Positions 63,398-64,000 of a stretch of DNA of 64,000 bases are shown piece after piece. Position 1 is the stretch's first letter. Every line of letters starts with the position of its first letter. This stretch comes from Thermoanaerobaculia bacterium (GTDB lineage: Bacteria; Acidobacteriota; Thermoanaerobaculia; Gp7-AA8). Below the pieces are notes generated by a model. That model saw nothing but the letters and a program-made list of their open reading frames with translations. It was not told the origin of the DNA and ran no database searches. The stretch is taken from contig DASQJY010000028.1 of NCBI GenBank assembly GCA_035630815.1, positions 264,187-328,186 on the forward strand, given 5' to 3'. The translations under genes and the position numbers were made by a program.

Positions 63398-64000
63398 GGG
63401 GCCAGTCTAGCGGCATTTGGTGCGCGGTGACCGCAGTCGCCGCTCGTTCCGCGCGTCCCCGCCCACCCAGGTCCCTCGCGGGCGGGGAGCGCAGGATGCG
63501 AGCCGCAGCGGCACACGCGTTAAACGGTGTGCAGTGCGGTGACTGCGGTGAGGGTGTCTTAAAACCATTTGCTTCACTCCTTGGATGAGGAGAGCGAGAG
63601 AGGATGTGTCGAGAGCTTCGAGCGGATTACACGACACAATATCTGTTACCGCCGGCGTTGGAGGATAAGTACAACTTGCGTGTTCGAAACGTATGAAGGC
63701 GCAGCACTTGCGCCCTGAGTACCGCTTCGCTCACTCACCAACCGGGAGAAAAACTACCGCATGAATTGGCCACCTTCCCATGCCACACAAACGGGGATCA
63801 GGAACTGTCGCAACTCGACGGCGCGTGCACTCTGCATGGCCGTCCTCGTCGTCCTCGGGCTGAATCTCAGCTCGGGAGAGGCGTAGCGCAGTCCTGGAGC
63901 CTCACCCTGGCCCAGCGTCAGGCGTACCTGAACTACTACGCGCCGTTGATCCTGAAACGCGGCGACGAAAACAACGCAAGCAGGGGCGTGACTGGCTCAC

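Overview
This is a high-GC bacterial chromosomal window; I cannot assign a lineage from sequence alone. I found no rRNA, no CRISPR array and no phage structural genes.

(1) nt 3-2096: a STAND-type P-loop NTPase with a TPR array, truncated at its 5' end by the window edge.

(2) nt 2868-11443: a co-directional minus-strand array with a methionine theme. The order is metK, a B3/B4-domain protein, a stand-alone tRNA-binding domain, metG, a visibly AT-richer orphan membrane protein, two small ORFs, a PII-like::Cys/Met-PLP fusion enzyme and a D-amino-acid-oxidase-like flavoprotein. A Moco-oxidoreductase::pentapeptide-repeat fusion follows on the plus strand.

(3) nt ~12.9-38.1 kb: a composite integrated element abutting the 3' end of tRNA-Gly(CCC).
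- It carries three site-specific recombinases: a short tyrosine recombinase, a large serine recombinase and a tRNA-proximal tyrosine integrase with an excisionase-like HTH.
- It has a regulatory module of HTH, S24-like peptidase and an FtsH-type M41 protease domain fused to an RpoA alpha-CTD-like domain.
- It also encodes a ParB-like protein and a lipoprotein/papain-like peptidase/partner trio.
- Two inverted paralogous modules (Replication-relaxation-like protein, zinc ribbon, HerA/T4CP-like ATPase) flank an AT-richer ECF-type transporter cassette.
- A VWA protein and small membrane proteins sit in the integrase operon.

(4) nt 38.7-48.8 kb: chromosomal genes. These are a vanadium-haloperoxidase-like PAP2 protein, an SGNH lipoprotein, a metallothionein-like mini-gene, a decayed patch with 42-bp tandem repeats, a TPR protein, VapBC, an ABC-2 exporter and a GT-C-like membrane protein.

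(5) nt 48.8-63.4 kb: a seven-gene minus-strand operon that I rank as the most interesting candidate system. It encodes a secreted CHAT/TPR protease, an atypically long ECF-like sigma factor, a zf-HC2 anti-sigma factor, a tail-fibre-like secreted protein, a small secreted protein, a 1509-aa YD-repeat/Ig/FN3 protein, and an RHS-core protein with a His-rich C-terminal domain and no immunity gene.

All functional calls rest on motifs read from the supplied translations. No database searches were run.
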